Shown here: positions 28,360 to 40,900 of the stretch, piece by piece
Numbering within the stretch: the stretch's first letter is position 1
How the letters are laid out: the number at the start of each line of letters is the position of its first letter
DNA from: Amphiscolops sp. MND2022
Taxonomy: Eukaryota
Length of the DNA: 60,000 nucleotides
Assembly (NCBI GenBank): GCA_964187785.1
Contig: OZ076409.1
Coordinates: 81,346,001 to 81,406,000, forward strand
Direction: 5' to 3'
Notes under the pieces: generated by a model
What the model was told of the DNA's origin: nothing
Seen by the model: the letters and a program-made list of their open reading frames with translations, nothing else
The model's database searches: none
Made by a program: the position numbers and the translations under genes

Positions 28360-29481
28360 ATGGAGTTTTTCCAACCTGCAACATGGGTGAAATCCACGAC
28401 ACGTGTAGGCGCTTTTGTGGTTATGGTTGCCTCTTTATACGTCCTTGTTGCTGTTTTTCTATCCTCCAAAAATGGCAACCTTCTTGTTTTTCGCAAGACA
28501 AATATGGTAGTTTCTTCATCTAATAGACGAAATTATTTAGCCCAATCTGTGAATTCTTCTATCGCTGCTTCGACCTCAAAAGAGCCTTGCTTCAGCCCTA
28601 TTCAAAAGTATATGAATTCTAAAGATCCAAACAATTACAGTTTTCCCCTCTTAGAACGAACTTTCGAATGGGACGAACTGTTTCTATCCAAATCTTTGGC
28701 GCCATCCTTAATCGACAGCACTGGAATCTTGAAGATGGAAAATCGCAAGATGCTGAACAAAGAAGAAATGAAACTTACTGTTAATACTTTATATCCTGTT
28801 AATAGACACGAATTTTTACATAAAGCCAACTGCAAAAAATGTGTGGTCGTTGGAAGCGGGGGCTGTTTACGCGGGAAATACTTGGGGCCAAAAATCGACC
28901 AATTTCCTGTCGTCATCCGAGTGAATTCAGCTCCTATTGCGGGTTACGAAGATGTGGCAGGGTCTAAAACAGATATCAGGTTGATATATCCCGAATCTAC
29001 CCCTACGACCAAAGAATTCTATAAAGGTGAGGGCATTGTAGTCGTTGTGCCTTACAAACGTGACGATTTTCTGTGGGCGGTGCAACTTGTTAACACATCT
29101 CTGAACTTGAATCTAAAAGACTTCTGGAAGGCAAGTCCCATGAAACTACCGGTGGTAGATCAAAAAAAGGTGCTCATCATTAACCCAGACATACCCGAAC
29201 TACTCTTCAAAGAGCTAGCCCATGAAAAGCGGAGAAACGGCGCCCGTGCAACTACAGGAACAGTGGCCATTCTCATGGCTTTGCATTTGTGTGAATCCGT
29301 GAGTGTCGCGGGGTTCTGCTACAATTTCAACTCTACTCACAACTTTGCCTATTACTACGGGAGTATGAAGATGAGCAAAACACTTCACAATGGACCACAC
29401 GCCAGGGACGTAGAGAACTTACTGAGGGCCAAGTTTTTGAAGTACAATCTTATCACTGATCTCACAGGCGCAATGATATAA
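28360..29481 (+). CDS. GT29 sialyltransferase, ST3Gal-like type II membrane protein (373 aa, intronless)
   Basis: N-terminal TM segment; sialylmotif L (CVVVGSGGCLRGKYLGPKIDQFPVVIRVNSAPIAGYEDVAGSKT), motif S (TTGTVAILMALHLCESVSVAGF), motif III (YYY) and motif VS (HARDVE). Confidence 0.92.
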   Translation: MEFFQPATWVKSTTRVGAFVVMVASLYVLVAVFLSSKNGNLLVFRKTNMVVSSSNRRNYLAQSVNSSIAASTSKEPCFSPIQKYMNSKDPNNYSFPLLERTFEWDELFLSKSLAPSLIDSTGILKMENRKMLNKEEMKLTVNTLYPVNRHEFLHKANCKKCVVVGSGGCLRGKYLGPKIDQFPVVIRVNSAPIAGYEDVAGSKTDIRLIYPESTPTTKEFYKGEGIVVVVPYKRDDFLWAVQLVNTSLNLNLKDFWKASPMKLPVVDQKKVLIINPDIPELLFKELAHEKRRNGARATTGTVAILMALHLCESVSVAGFCYNFNSTHNFAYYYGSMKMSKTLHNGPHARDVENLLRAKFLKYNLITDLTGAMI

Positions 29482-31911
29482 TCATATAGGCTAATCTGCA
29501 ATTATTTTCCTTTACTTCTATGTTACCTTTTCACAGTTTTTGTTATTTTTTAAAGGTTTAAAAATCAAGTTATAGCAATTAATTTATATTTAGAGTTTTA
29601 TATTAGCAAAAAATCAATTCTGATGACATTCATTTTCAACATGACAGTTAAACAAGTAAATGGAAATCCCTCAAGGATCGCAACAGCCAATATGTAGCAA
29701 GAGTTTAGTCCAAAGGTCTATAAAAACTGCACTTTTTTCTTGGAAAGCGTCCTAAAGTCGTGCGATTAATTCCTGCCATTCCGCTGCTCTTCAATACATC
29801 TTGGATGATGAATTTATCCATTTTTGCGTTGTAAATAAAATGAATAGTTGTGAGGTAGAGGTTGGAGTCGTTGAAATATTAACCAAGAAAATTAACCCCG
29901 ATTAGACATTTTCACTCATGTAATAATTACTTCAAGACCTGGATATTTACCGCCCTTAAATGCTTTTGAGAAGCGTGGTTGCTTCAACTCAATCGAAAAG
30001 ACAAACGGGACTGCCCAAGTCGGCGCCCCGCTTGAGGCTCAAAAAGCCTGAAGACTTTTAAAGGACAATAATGTGTTCTTTAGTCGGCGCATTTAACAAA
30101 ATGAGCCCGACTATTACAGTGGCAAGTTTTTTTTCTTTTTTTTTTCGTCAGACAACAGAATGTATGCGTAGTGGACACTTTTTCTACAGAACTACTAAAC
30201 TACTGGACCGGCAAACGGAAATGCGTCTAAGTTAGTGCAAAGGGTCCCCCTTTCGTGTACTCAATTTTCAATGAAAGATAAAAAACCGGACGGCACTACA
30301 GGCCCCCCTTTGAATTTTTTTGGGCACTGTGTGACTTTTTTTCGATTTTTTTTATTCTGCAGAATCGGTGCCGTAAAAACCCGAAGGACTATTTTCTGAA
30401 ATTTTTGCAGTTGAAGGATAATTGGAACCTGAAATAAAATAATTTGAACAAAATACAACTTTTATGACTCAGCTCTTCTGTTTTCGGGCGTGTTAAGGTG
30501 GCTTTGGTTTTCAGCGAAATATGAGTCTAGAGCTTTGATTTTGACTAAGAATGTTTCAACGTGACACTGAACAGAGCTTCAAAAATATATAGCTTCTTAA
30601 GTTGTTAATATTTCTGCGTAAGGTGCAATTTTAAAACAGTAAAATGGACCTGTCTTTTTTGGAGTCGGAAAATTTTTCGACTACTTTTGCGCTCGTACCT
30701 TTTTCTCCCAACCCTTCAATGAAAACTTCTCAAAAACACACCCACTTCTACACCCAAAGCTAATGCTGCGTTCGCAATGACATCAAAATCGTATGACTGG
30801 GAAAGATCTAAAATTAGTCCAAAATAGACCAAATGACAATAAAGAACGTAATTTGCTTTTCAATATTTTAATCCGTTTTCTACTTAACCACACATGCGGC
30901 TCTGGTTTTCCATCCGGCCGAAATGACCATATAAGTTTTACAAAATTTCAAATTGATTGAAAGGGTATACTAATTAATTTTTTGTCATAAGTATTTGGAT
31001 TGAGAAAGAATCAATGTTATTTTCGGAACTGTGCAACTTTTTCTCAAAAAAATCCAGTATCCCAAAAGAATCCCATTTGTGCTTTTCGGCACTTTGCGAC
31101 TTTTTGGGACAATATTTCCTCCAGGTTTTTTGTTTCTTTTCATAAAGCATGGAAAAAGCTGTGGTTTTTTTGTTTTCCGGCGAGAAAGAAGCCTGTTAGG
31201 CCCAAAGGCCCTTTGTAATTTTTTGGCATTATGAGATTGTGAATTTTTTTGAAAAAGATTCTTTGACGCTTTGAAGTACTTTTGCTCCTTTTCAGCCTTA
31301 AGCGGGGCGCCTACTTTTGCCGTTCCCGGCTTGTTGACATTTATAATGTGTCTTCGTCTTCTAGAGGGCGTTCCCGCGCATGGTTTTTCGGTCTGCATCA
31401 ACATGCATCGATTTAATATAAATTGGGACGGTTTACATTCTTTGTGCAGCACTTTGCTTTCCCTAATGACCGAATGTTAACTAACTTTTGGTCTTCCTAG
31501 AGAAATTCGCTGACAAAAAATAACTTCGCTTCGAATATAAGATCACGAATTCCAAATGTGATTTTTGTCCAAATGCAGACTGGGATCTATCTCTAAATTG
31601 TCATTCTTTTTTTGATTTTACGAAACATAACTATTACGTCTCACATATTGAGTGTGAGATCTTTTATCAGAGGACGCTGTAAAAGTGGGGTGTTTCACAT
31701 GAGAAGTAGGTCTTATAATGGGAGAAATTCGGTACCATAGTAGTAGCCGCCATAAAGTAGTTGGCGGGAATTTTAATTCTAATTAATTTGCATTTTCTTC
31801 CGCGTAACTCGCTCGTAATATACCGTCGTATTCTTTCAAAGCCATACGGTGCTGACTCCAGATGAATTTCTACGACCCATATGAAAAAGGTTAAATTTTT
31901 CAGATTTGTAA

Positions 31912-34900
31912 ATGACTCTAGATGTTGTTCAGGAATTATCCAACTTTTTACATCCTGCCACTGACATCCTACATGAATGTGTGAAAGATTTGCAGTTGAA
32001 CGGTACTACCTTTGCTCTTCTTTTGACTCAGCAATCCAATGACGTTTATGCAAGACCCAGTTAATTTCAGATACAGAAACAAACTTGAAACTTGAAAGCC
32101 ACTTTGGATCAAAGCTATGCAAAATTATGGATTTATATGGTGTTCTTTTTCAAAGGTAAAATTAGATGAAATTGCTTTATTGTTTAGCCAAATTCATTCA
32201 AGTGACTATGATTCAAATTTTTCAGGCTGAATGTGTGCAATGATGAGCAACTGAATAAACTTTTCAGCGACAATTTCAAGTATGATTTGAATAGTTCCAT
32301 CTATTTCTAATCGCTTTACGTCCGATGGATTACCGTCTAACTTGTTTCAGAAAAGCAGACATAAGATTTTGTTATGAAGATTTCATCTCATTCGAAGTAA
32401 GTGTCAGTTTTGCTCTCTATGAATTTCATCAATCTGTTGATTTCATTTGTTAAATATTCAGGACGAGTTGAACGCATTTGTCGAGAACGTGCAAAATCGT
32501 GTTGATAGCTGTTCATGGCAGCTTTCGAGTTATGCGAAAGCCAACGAATTGTTTGCGACTGAAATACGAGTGGTTCCTCTGGGCTTAGATAAGTTAGTTT
32601 CTCTTTGTTTTTTCATACTAAAACGTTTTCCAGACAATCGGTTTTCGCCGTTGAGTTAGTCAGTTTGTGTTATGTAATACTGCTAACTCACTATCTGAGG
32701 CCATATGAAACAGGGACAATAAGAGTCATGATTTGAAAAAAAACAAATCAAAGAAGGCTGATTTCGATTTTTGGAACAATGTTAAGGTTGAAAACTATAA
32801 TGATAATGTAAATTCGGTCTGTTTCGAAGTTACCAGCTCAAAACGGTACAAAAAAAATAACAGGTTGTGGGCTATGTCCCCAGACGATTCGGACCACAAA
32901 GAGGTTTTTGATGACACATAAAAAGCCATTTTAATCTGTAAATACACTAATGATTTTATTCAACCACACCTGATGTGAAATTTGAGAAAAAGTACACATT
33001 TAGCACAATGGTTTCTAAAATGAAGTTAATGAACAACATGAGGAAATTAGTATTTCCAAAATGATCAGCTTCATTGGTTATCATTAGTGCTATATTTCTG
33101 TTTATGGCCCAAGCAATATTCGTTTTATGAAAACGAAAACGTGTGAATAATATTTGGAGGAAATAACGTCGAAAAAATAACGTACAGCAAGTTGGAGATA
33201 ACATTGAAGACTATTTATTAGAATTAAAGTCCAAAAAAGAATTCATCTGAAAATTAAAAACCTATTGAAAATATTGTTGTATGACTCAGCCTTCCTCCTT
33301 CCGGGCAGCTTTGCGCCCTTCCATATCGGCCTTCGTCAAACTAGCCGCTAGACCGGTAATGGTCCGTCGCTCCGCTTCGCTTCGATGCTGCATTTAAGGC
33401 ACTTGAGGCATGTGACCGTGGCAGATCACATAGCCTTCTTTGGACGTTATATACTAACAAAACTTTTGAACGTTATTTCTTCGCACGGTTTTCACCGTCT
33501 TCTGACTGAGCAACCTAGGAAAGTTGATAAAATGTGTGCACCTCTATGTTCCCTCAGTCGACAGTAAGCCTGATGGCGTTTTGTTCATGTTTCAGTCGTG
33601 TTTCAGGGACCTCAGCATTGGAGACATAATCTCAGACCATGAGTTTACACACTTGGTGCTCCTTAGACACTTCGCCTGACTGCCGTGACGCAACCACATG
33701 CACAGACTGCAACTTCTCAAAGTGAGTCACCTTACTGTCTTAACCAACAGACAATTGGGTTCTGGATAATTCTGACCAACGGTCTAATTGGCTCACCACA
33801 ACGAGAATAGTTGACTGTGAAGTGGACTGAAACTAAGTTGTTTCAAAAGAATGAAATTACATTTTCATGAAGATCATGAATGAAACTCATCTTGAATTGA
33901 TATCAAATGAAACCCAAAGTTTTTACAATTTAAACACACTCTCGAAAACCCTGAAAAGCGTTTCGGGAAAGTAATTTAGAATTCGAGAATGTGCGGAAAA
34001 TTCAGCGATTGATGTTTATCACAAGTTGAAAATTGTCATCAATTTTTGTCACAAGTTTGCAATTTACTGCTAGTGAATACTCAGAATGAAAGATTTCCCA
34101 GCGTTATCCTATTTGCCTACCTACAACACTCCGCTAATTGGTTAAGTTTGAGTCCAAAACGATGGGTTAATGATCTAAGCAATTAAACAACAGTTTTTAA
34201 CCGAATTTATCCAAATAGCCCGGGAACAGCATGAAGCTCAAAAAGAGCAAAAGAAGTTCAAAGCGTCAAGGATTCTCTTTTGAATAAGTTCTCACTTTCA
34301 CAGAACAGAAAAAAACCAAAGGGCCTAAAAGGACTTTTTCGCATTTATTAGTCGGCACTTTGGTCGAAAGACACGACTATAAAAGTAGCTTTTTTAAGAC
34401 CAACGAAGTGACAGATTTTATTAGCTTTATAAGCTGTAACGTATACCGGATATAACGTTCATTGGAGAATTTTTCAAAGCTGTAAAAAGGGCTTAGGAGT
34501 CCCCTTCGACAATAATATAACCCATACCGGATTTAACGCAAATCTGATATACCGAATTCCGGAGATAACGTATACCGGATATAACGTTTCTTGGAGCATT
34601 TTCGATGTTACAAATGGGCCTCCTCCCTTCGATTTTTTGACGCAAACCGGATATAACGAATACCCTATATTACGTAAACCGGATGTTATAACTCATGATT
34701 CGAGTGGTGTAAGGCAAAGAATTATCTCAAAGACTGAATTATAATGCGATTTGATGTTTTGCACCCGATGTTGATGGGTGGACTTGATCAAGTGAAATAT
34801 TCAGATACAAATTAAATTATATAGTCAACAATTCAATCAACTAAAGGTGTAAAACACAACTATTAAATTAAGTTACATAAGAGAAAGTTCCAAAACTTAG

Positions 34901-37900
34901 TTGCATAATAGAAAGTCCCACAGATTCGCTTTGAAAATTTCAATGACATTACTCTGCCATCCTTTAAAAAACTTCCCCTGTGGTTGAAAACGTTGGCCAT
35001 CAGATTCCCAACGCCAATTGTCCCCACAAGAAGTCTGATTGTCTTGCTTGCCCATCAGTTGCTTCAACTGTTTCGAGGGTTTCCCAAGTCCTCGAGGAGA
35101 TCTTTGAAACAGTGATAGGCGTGGCTGGGGTAGACGATTGAAATCAGGAACCTCCGAATCATTACCAATTGACATTCAATGCACCGTCAATTTGTTTGCT
35201 TCAAACCCATCTGATTTGGTTTCCATGTGCTCCCAATCACGTTTGATGTTTCGAGTCCACCGGCGTTTTTTCGGAACTATGCGACTTTTTTAAATTTTTT
35301 ATCGAAACCCCCCTTCAATTTTTACACGAAACCAGAAGTTTTGCGAGCATAGAGGACTTCTTAGGGTTTTCGGCACTGTGCGACATACCGGAGACATTTT
35401 TTCAAAACAATTTCGATTTCGTTTCCTATTTTTTTTGTTTTTTGAGGTTTTCGGTTGAGCAAGATGCGTTTTTTTACTGTTTCCAGTTGGGGGGGGGGGG
35501 GGGGGGGAGTAGTTTTCAAGCCTTATGCATATCCCCTCAGGTTTTTTTAGCACTACGAAATTGATGAAATCCCAACAATGGTGTTCTTTTGCATATTGAA
35601 CTTTTACTTTTTTGAACCTTGAGCGGGGTGCCGACTTCGGCCTTTCCCGGCTTGTTTTCACCACAAATTTTTGACATTGTATCCTACTTCGAATACAATG
35701 TCAAAAATTCAGATATAGTTTTTTTTCAATTATATAAGGAAACGAAACATAGAAACTGATGAGATTCGAATTTCCGCCTCCTCTGTGGTAAAACGCAATT
35801 TCGGATATAACGTCAAAACTTCGGCTATGGCGTGATTGTCTGTAGGCCATGTTGCAGTGACAAGTTACTAACTTATTGAAATGTGCCTATAAAATCTCTG
35901 TCCGTTCGATGGTTTTGAAAAAAAGGCACTGCTATAGTTGAGTCTTTTCGGAGAAAAGCGCCGACTCAAATTGTAGAAATAGTTTTCAAAAATTTTTTGA
36001 GAATTTTTCTGTAGATGTAGAAATAGCATTGAGCCCCCTATCATCGGTGCCCATCTTCTTAAGACGTGCACGATTCTTGCAATGGACAGGTTTTTTGTAA
36101 GATGACAATTGCCAATGTGAAAAGTCACTTTCCTACTATCTTTTATCCTAAAACCTAAAGAATACTTGCAGATGTCAAAGGGTTCTCCATTCGAATTTTC
36201 CATACATTTACGTGGTCTACAAAACAACAAGGGAGCAAAGTTGTTCTCCCTTTGGGTTTTTCGGTATTGTGCAACTTGGATTTTCTTCATTTCACCAAAG
36301 GTTCACGTGTAATGGCGTTTTGACATTTTCAGTTAGGAACAAGAGGGGAACGCCCCGCCGGGAGTTCCCGCGCTGTTTAGGCTCGAAAAAACTCAAAGTC
36401 TTTTTAAAAGACACGTCAAGGGTATTTAGTCATAGTCAGATATCAAACCGACGGTCGTTTGCTTGGGAAGCGCCCATCCTAACTTACTGGCTACGTGAAC
36501 AAGCTGGCGGCGTGAACAAAAATTCTGTTCAGAAGTGAACCATTCGCATACATTGTGATCTTACGAAAAAAAGGAGAAAACTGTAATAGTCTGGACACAT
36601 TTTCTTATAGAATGCGCAGACTAAAAGCCCTGTTAGGCACAAAGTGTATTTTTCTGCGCTGTGTCAGAATCCGTTATTTCAAAAAGTTATTTGCTGATGA
36701 TTTTCAATTGCAGGACGAGTATGAGCGGCTGAATGTGCAGATTGTGGTTGTGTCTTTTGGATCTGCTCAGGGTGCCACCATGTGGAAGACGGATGCTGAG
36801 TGCACACACCCAATTCTATTGGACCAATCGAGACAGGTCATTCATCAGTTTTCCCTTTCTATCAATATTGGAATTAATTATATAACGTGTGCCCATGCAA
36901 GTAAGTGCCCTTGCAAATCAAAATTACACTTGAACTAAGTTTGATTTTAGCCGAAACTGTTGTTACTCTTTTGAAAAAAATCCATCTTCCGTGTTTCTCC
37001 TATTGTAAGGCATACCCTATTTCATGCCAACTGCCAAATCACGTCCTCCATTTGGAGAAGGTATGTTTTACATTCCGCATTTGTAGAAATTCGTTTAAAG
37101 TTTGGGATTTTTTAACATTCAAAATTCAGATTTTACAGGATTTTCTAAACAGATGTGTGTAGATCGATGGAAAATTAGGTACCTTTGGATTTTCGATTCT
37201 TCACTCAGCTCATCATCTCACTATAACATTTTTCGGCGGTGAAAGAAATTTACGCCTTCTCAAATCCGGTTTCATTCAATTTAGTGATTTTTAATCCCAG
37301 AGACCAAATTTGCGCAATGGCATCTGGTTTTCATTCAATAATGAAATCATGTCATGGAATGAATAGGGCAACTTTTGTTATCACGTCGATATGAGGTCTA
37401 GGATACATGCTTGGAAAATTATTTTCGAGAGAAAAATGAAGACTTTGAATTAATCTCGATGCTATTAAATTGTTAAAATCATTTTGAAATTTCTTTCAAT
37501 TTCATTTTTCAGTTGATAAACGGAGTTTTCTCCGAAAAGAGCATTATCGCTAGTAGTTTGATTTTATATACCCTTGTTAGAAATAGGGGGGGTTTAGTTT
37601 TACAAAAATTTCCATTTCTAGCAAAGACTATGAGTCCCTCCCGGGACTCGAACCTCGCCGGTTGAAATGATGGCCGAGCACACTAACCACTATGCCACGA
37701 GACCATCTCAACCAGTACATACAAGTTCTTGATATAACGATCATTCATTCGTTTCGTTATTCATTATCGAAGACGGTTGACCCTGTCGCAACATGAACGG
37801 GACACAGTTGATTTGGGTAGTACTTTTGACCTTCACGTTTATTGTTGCAATTCTTACAACTCCAATATTATTAATTACTAATTCTCAAAACAACACGACC

Positions 37901-40900
37901 AATAACAGTGGGAACACTACAGATTCTTGTCCAGAGGAATTTACAGGTTATTGCATGAACGGTGGTTACTGCTATTACCTAGAAGAGCAACAAACAGTCG
38001 CGAGTGAATGTCCGGAACTTTATGGTGGAAAAAGGTGTGAAAAATTTCTATGGTATACCTGAAAATGCACGTGGAAAATGTTTACATCAAATGTTCAATT
38101 GAACATTTGAAAAGACTCGAAGAACAACGCTCACTTTCAGCAAAAATTTATACAAGAGATGAACGATTAATATTTCGTAACTACGTTTCGGCATTATGTC
38201 ACGAAATGGCACCTTCAGGCAAGATTAACCAGCTCCAACCGAAAATTATCATACCACGGATCAATCAAGTCTACAAAAAGTCAAAAGTTTACAGGCTAGC
38301 CATGGTTATCTACGAATCTACTCGATTGATTGCTGAAAATTATGAACGAGTCTGGGCAGGTCGCGCTTTCGAAGATTGTCCTCACCGGTATCACCACCCA
38401 AACAGAATCCAATGTTTCCTGTTGGCTTTGAAAATTAAACAATCATTTGCTGATGAATTCAGTGACCTCGGATGTTAACTTCATTTTGTATTAACCGTTT
38501 CGGAAAGATAGTTGACAATGACACTCCTCATCCTGGACCGTTTCTGGAATTCTTCAAACATCGAAACTACTCTAGTGAAATTACCTTCAGTTTTGAACAC
38601 GGAGAAGAAACAGGAAGCATTTTGCCTTTATTATGATAACAACAGCTTGCTCCAATTGCTCGTTGTCTTGATTATCCTCAAATATCTCTTTTCAGCATTC
38701 ATGCAAATGCGACAGTATTAATTCTTATTGGTTGCCATCAAATTGTGTCAGACAATTGAAAAATCAATCATTCTGACAAAAAATTTCTCGCTGATCACTC
38801 GCTCAAATGTTAAACTCTGAATTCTTAGTTATAGACATCGAAGGTTTCCGTCACAAATCTCAACAATTTATACCCAAAGAGATTTCTGTTAGAGGCGCCA
38901 ACTATCAAGACACTATTCTTTTACAACCGCCGGTGAAATTTTCTCTATTAGCAGAAGAAAATAAAAAGACTTACGCCTGGTTAACAGACAACCTACACGG
39001 CATTGTTTGGGAAGCTGGGAGTTACGATCACACATTCATTTTCAATTTCTTCAACGCGCTCAAACTCAGATTCCCAAATAGTACAGTTTTTACAAAAGGA
39101 ACCGAGAAGTGCACTTTCTTGAGAAATTTCTTCTTTAGTGTGGTTGACTTGAACACTCTCGGTTGTCCCAAAGCATCTCAGTTTAGCTATAGTTCAACAA
39201 AAGTTTGTCCAAATCATCAAAAGTCTTACAAACTGAATCACTGTGCTCGAGAAAAAGTGACATTATTCTACAACTGGCTGTTCACTCACATTCAAAATTC
39301 CTATCATGAATGCAGTCGATGCAACAGCCAAAGAGCACAACCTACAGCTAACCCTATCCCCGAATTTGAGCCTCTCAGTTACAACAACCTTGGAGGTAAC
39401 ACGTGACGCTGAAACCAAAATAAAATTAGTCAAAGATGAATTCAAGCAGGTTGGCAGTCACAAACTCTTGAGAAAGGGTGTTATACAGTTGACTGCATCC
39501 GAGTATTCGCAATTGAAGACTAGTTTCGAAACCATTGACAGTTTCATTAGTTTTGTAAACCAAAATGCCAAACAAACGACTACAGGATCTGATGGAGGCC
39601 CGCAATATCAAACCGGTCAAGATGCCACCAAAGTATTCTCGTCCCATCAAACTTGACGGCATTCAAGATCCAAAGTTACCGAAACAAATTGCAGAGGAAT
39701 TGGCCAAGCGCAACGATGTGTTGGAGGTTGTCTATTTTCCACCAGCACAAACAAAAGTCAAGGGCGAGTACCGAATAAAACTCAAGTCTAGTGATGAATT
39801 TAACATTTTCATATTTTATACTGCTACATAATAGTCGTCTTTGTTATCAATTCATTTTTCACAATCAAAAACATTTTCAAGTATGACTGAGGTAGTTATC
39901 GCTGAAGATGATGGCATAGGCAGTATGGAATCAAACGAAGAAGACAGCGTGAGGTCATTGTGGAAGTTTTGCAATTCAATCACTTTACCAAGATCAGAGG
40001 TTGTCTTTTTTACTCAGGCAACACTAATTTTCATTCTTGTAATTGCTAGTTTGTTGAAACTTACTCTAGACAGACCGCCATGTGAAGAAATGTCAGTGTG
40101 GTTTTCACTATTATTTGGAGCAGTTGGTTACATTCTACCTAATCCTAAACTATGAACAAGATCATTTTCACCAATGATCGTCTATTCATGGCTCTGGTTG
40201 GTCCTGGGGGCTCGGGTAAAACTCGTCTCATTTATTCGATGCTTGCCTCACCTTCAACATTTTATCCACCCATCGAAAAAACTTTTTACTTTTACAAGGA
40301 ATATCAACCGCTTTTCCAAGAAATATCTGAAAGATTAAACATTGAATTTATTCCATGTTTGGACTTTGAAATGATCAAAAACTTGGAAAATTGTTTGTTA
40401 GTTTTCGACGATTCTTGTGAGGAAATTTACCAAGAACAAGCGTTTGTCAAACTTGCAGTTGCCGGTAGACACAGGAAACTGCATTGCATTTTCGTCAAAC
40501 ACAACTTATTCCATCAAAGCAAGTGGTCGCGTACGATTGATTTAAACACAACGCATGTTATTTTATTCAAATCACGAGACTTACAGCAAATTGATCATTT
40601 CGGTAGACAATTGAAACAATTGGATTTTATTCGAGAAGCTTATCAGAGGGCCACCACGAGGCCATTCGGACATTTACTTATTGATTTCGATCCGAAAACA
40701 AGTGACGTCTTACGTTTTTGCTCAAATATTGTTGCTCCTCAACCGACTACCTTTTATATTCCATCATCAACTGCAAAGGAAACGCTTCTAACAAATGAGC
40801 GAGAAAAAATTGCATATACTGAAGCACTGGCAAGAAAACAAAAAGAGGAAAGGCATTTCTCGCGTTATACATGATTGCGACAGGGAACAAATCAAATTTC

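Noticed and set aside
33677..33688. TGA codons as pseudogenising nonsense mutations
   Set aside because: They fall exactly at the redox positions of the SelL motif, all other exons are open, and a SECIS is present.
38480..38760. Additional gene between the 142-aa ORF and the nuclease
   Set aside because: Only a non-ATG 69-aa plus-strand ORF and stop-interrupted minus-strand frames are present. It may be a decayed gene but cannot be supported.
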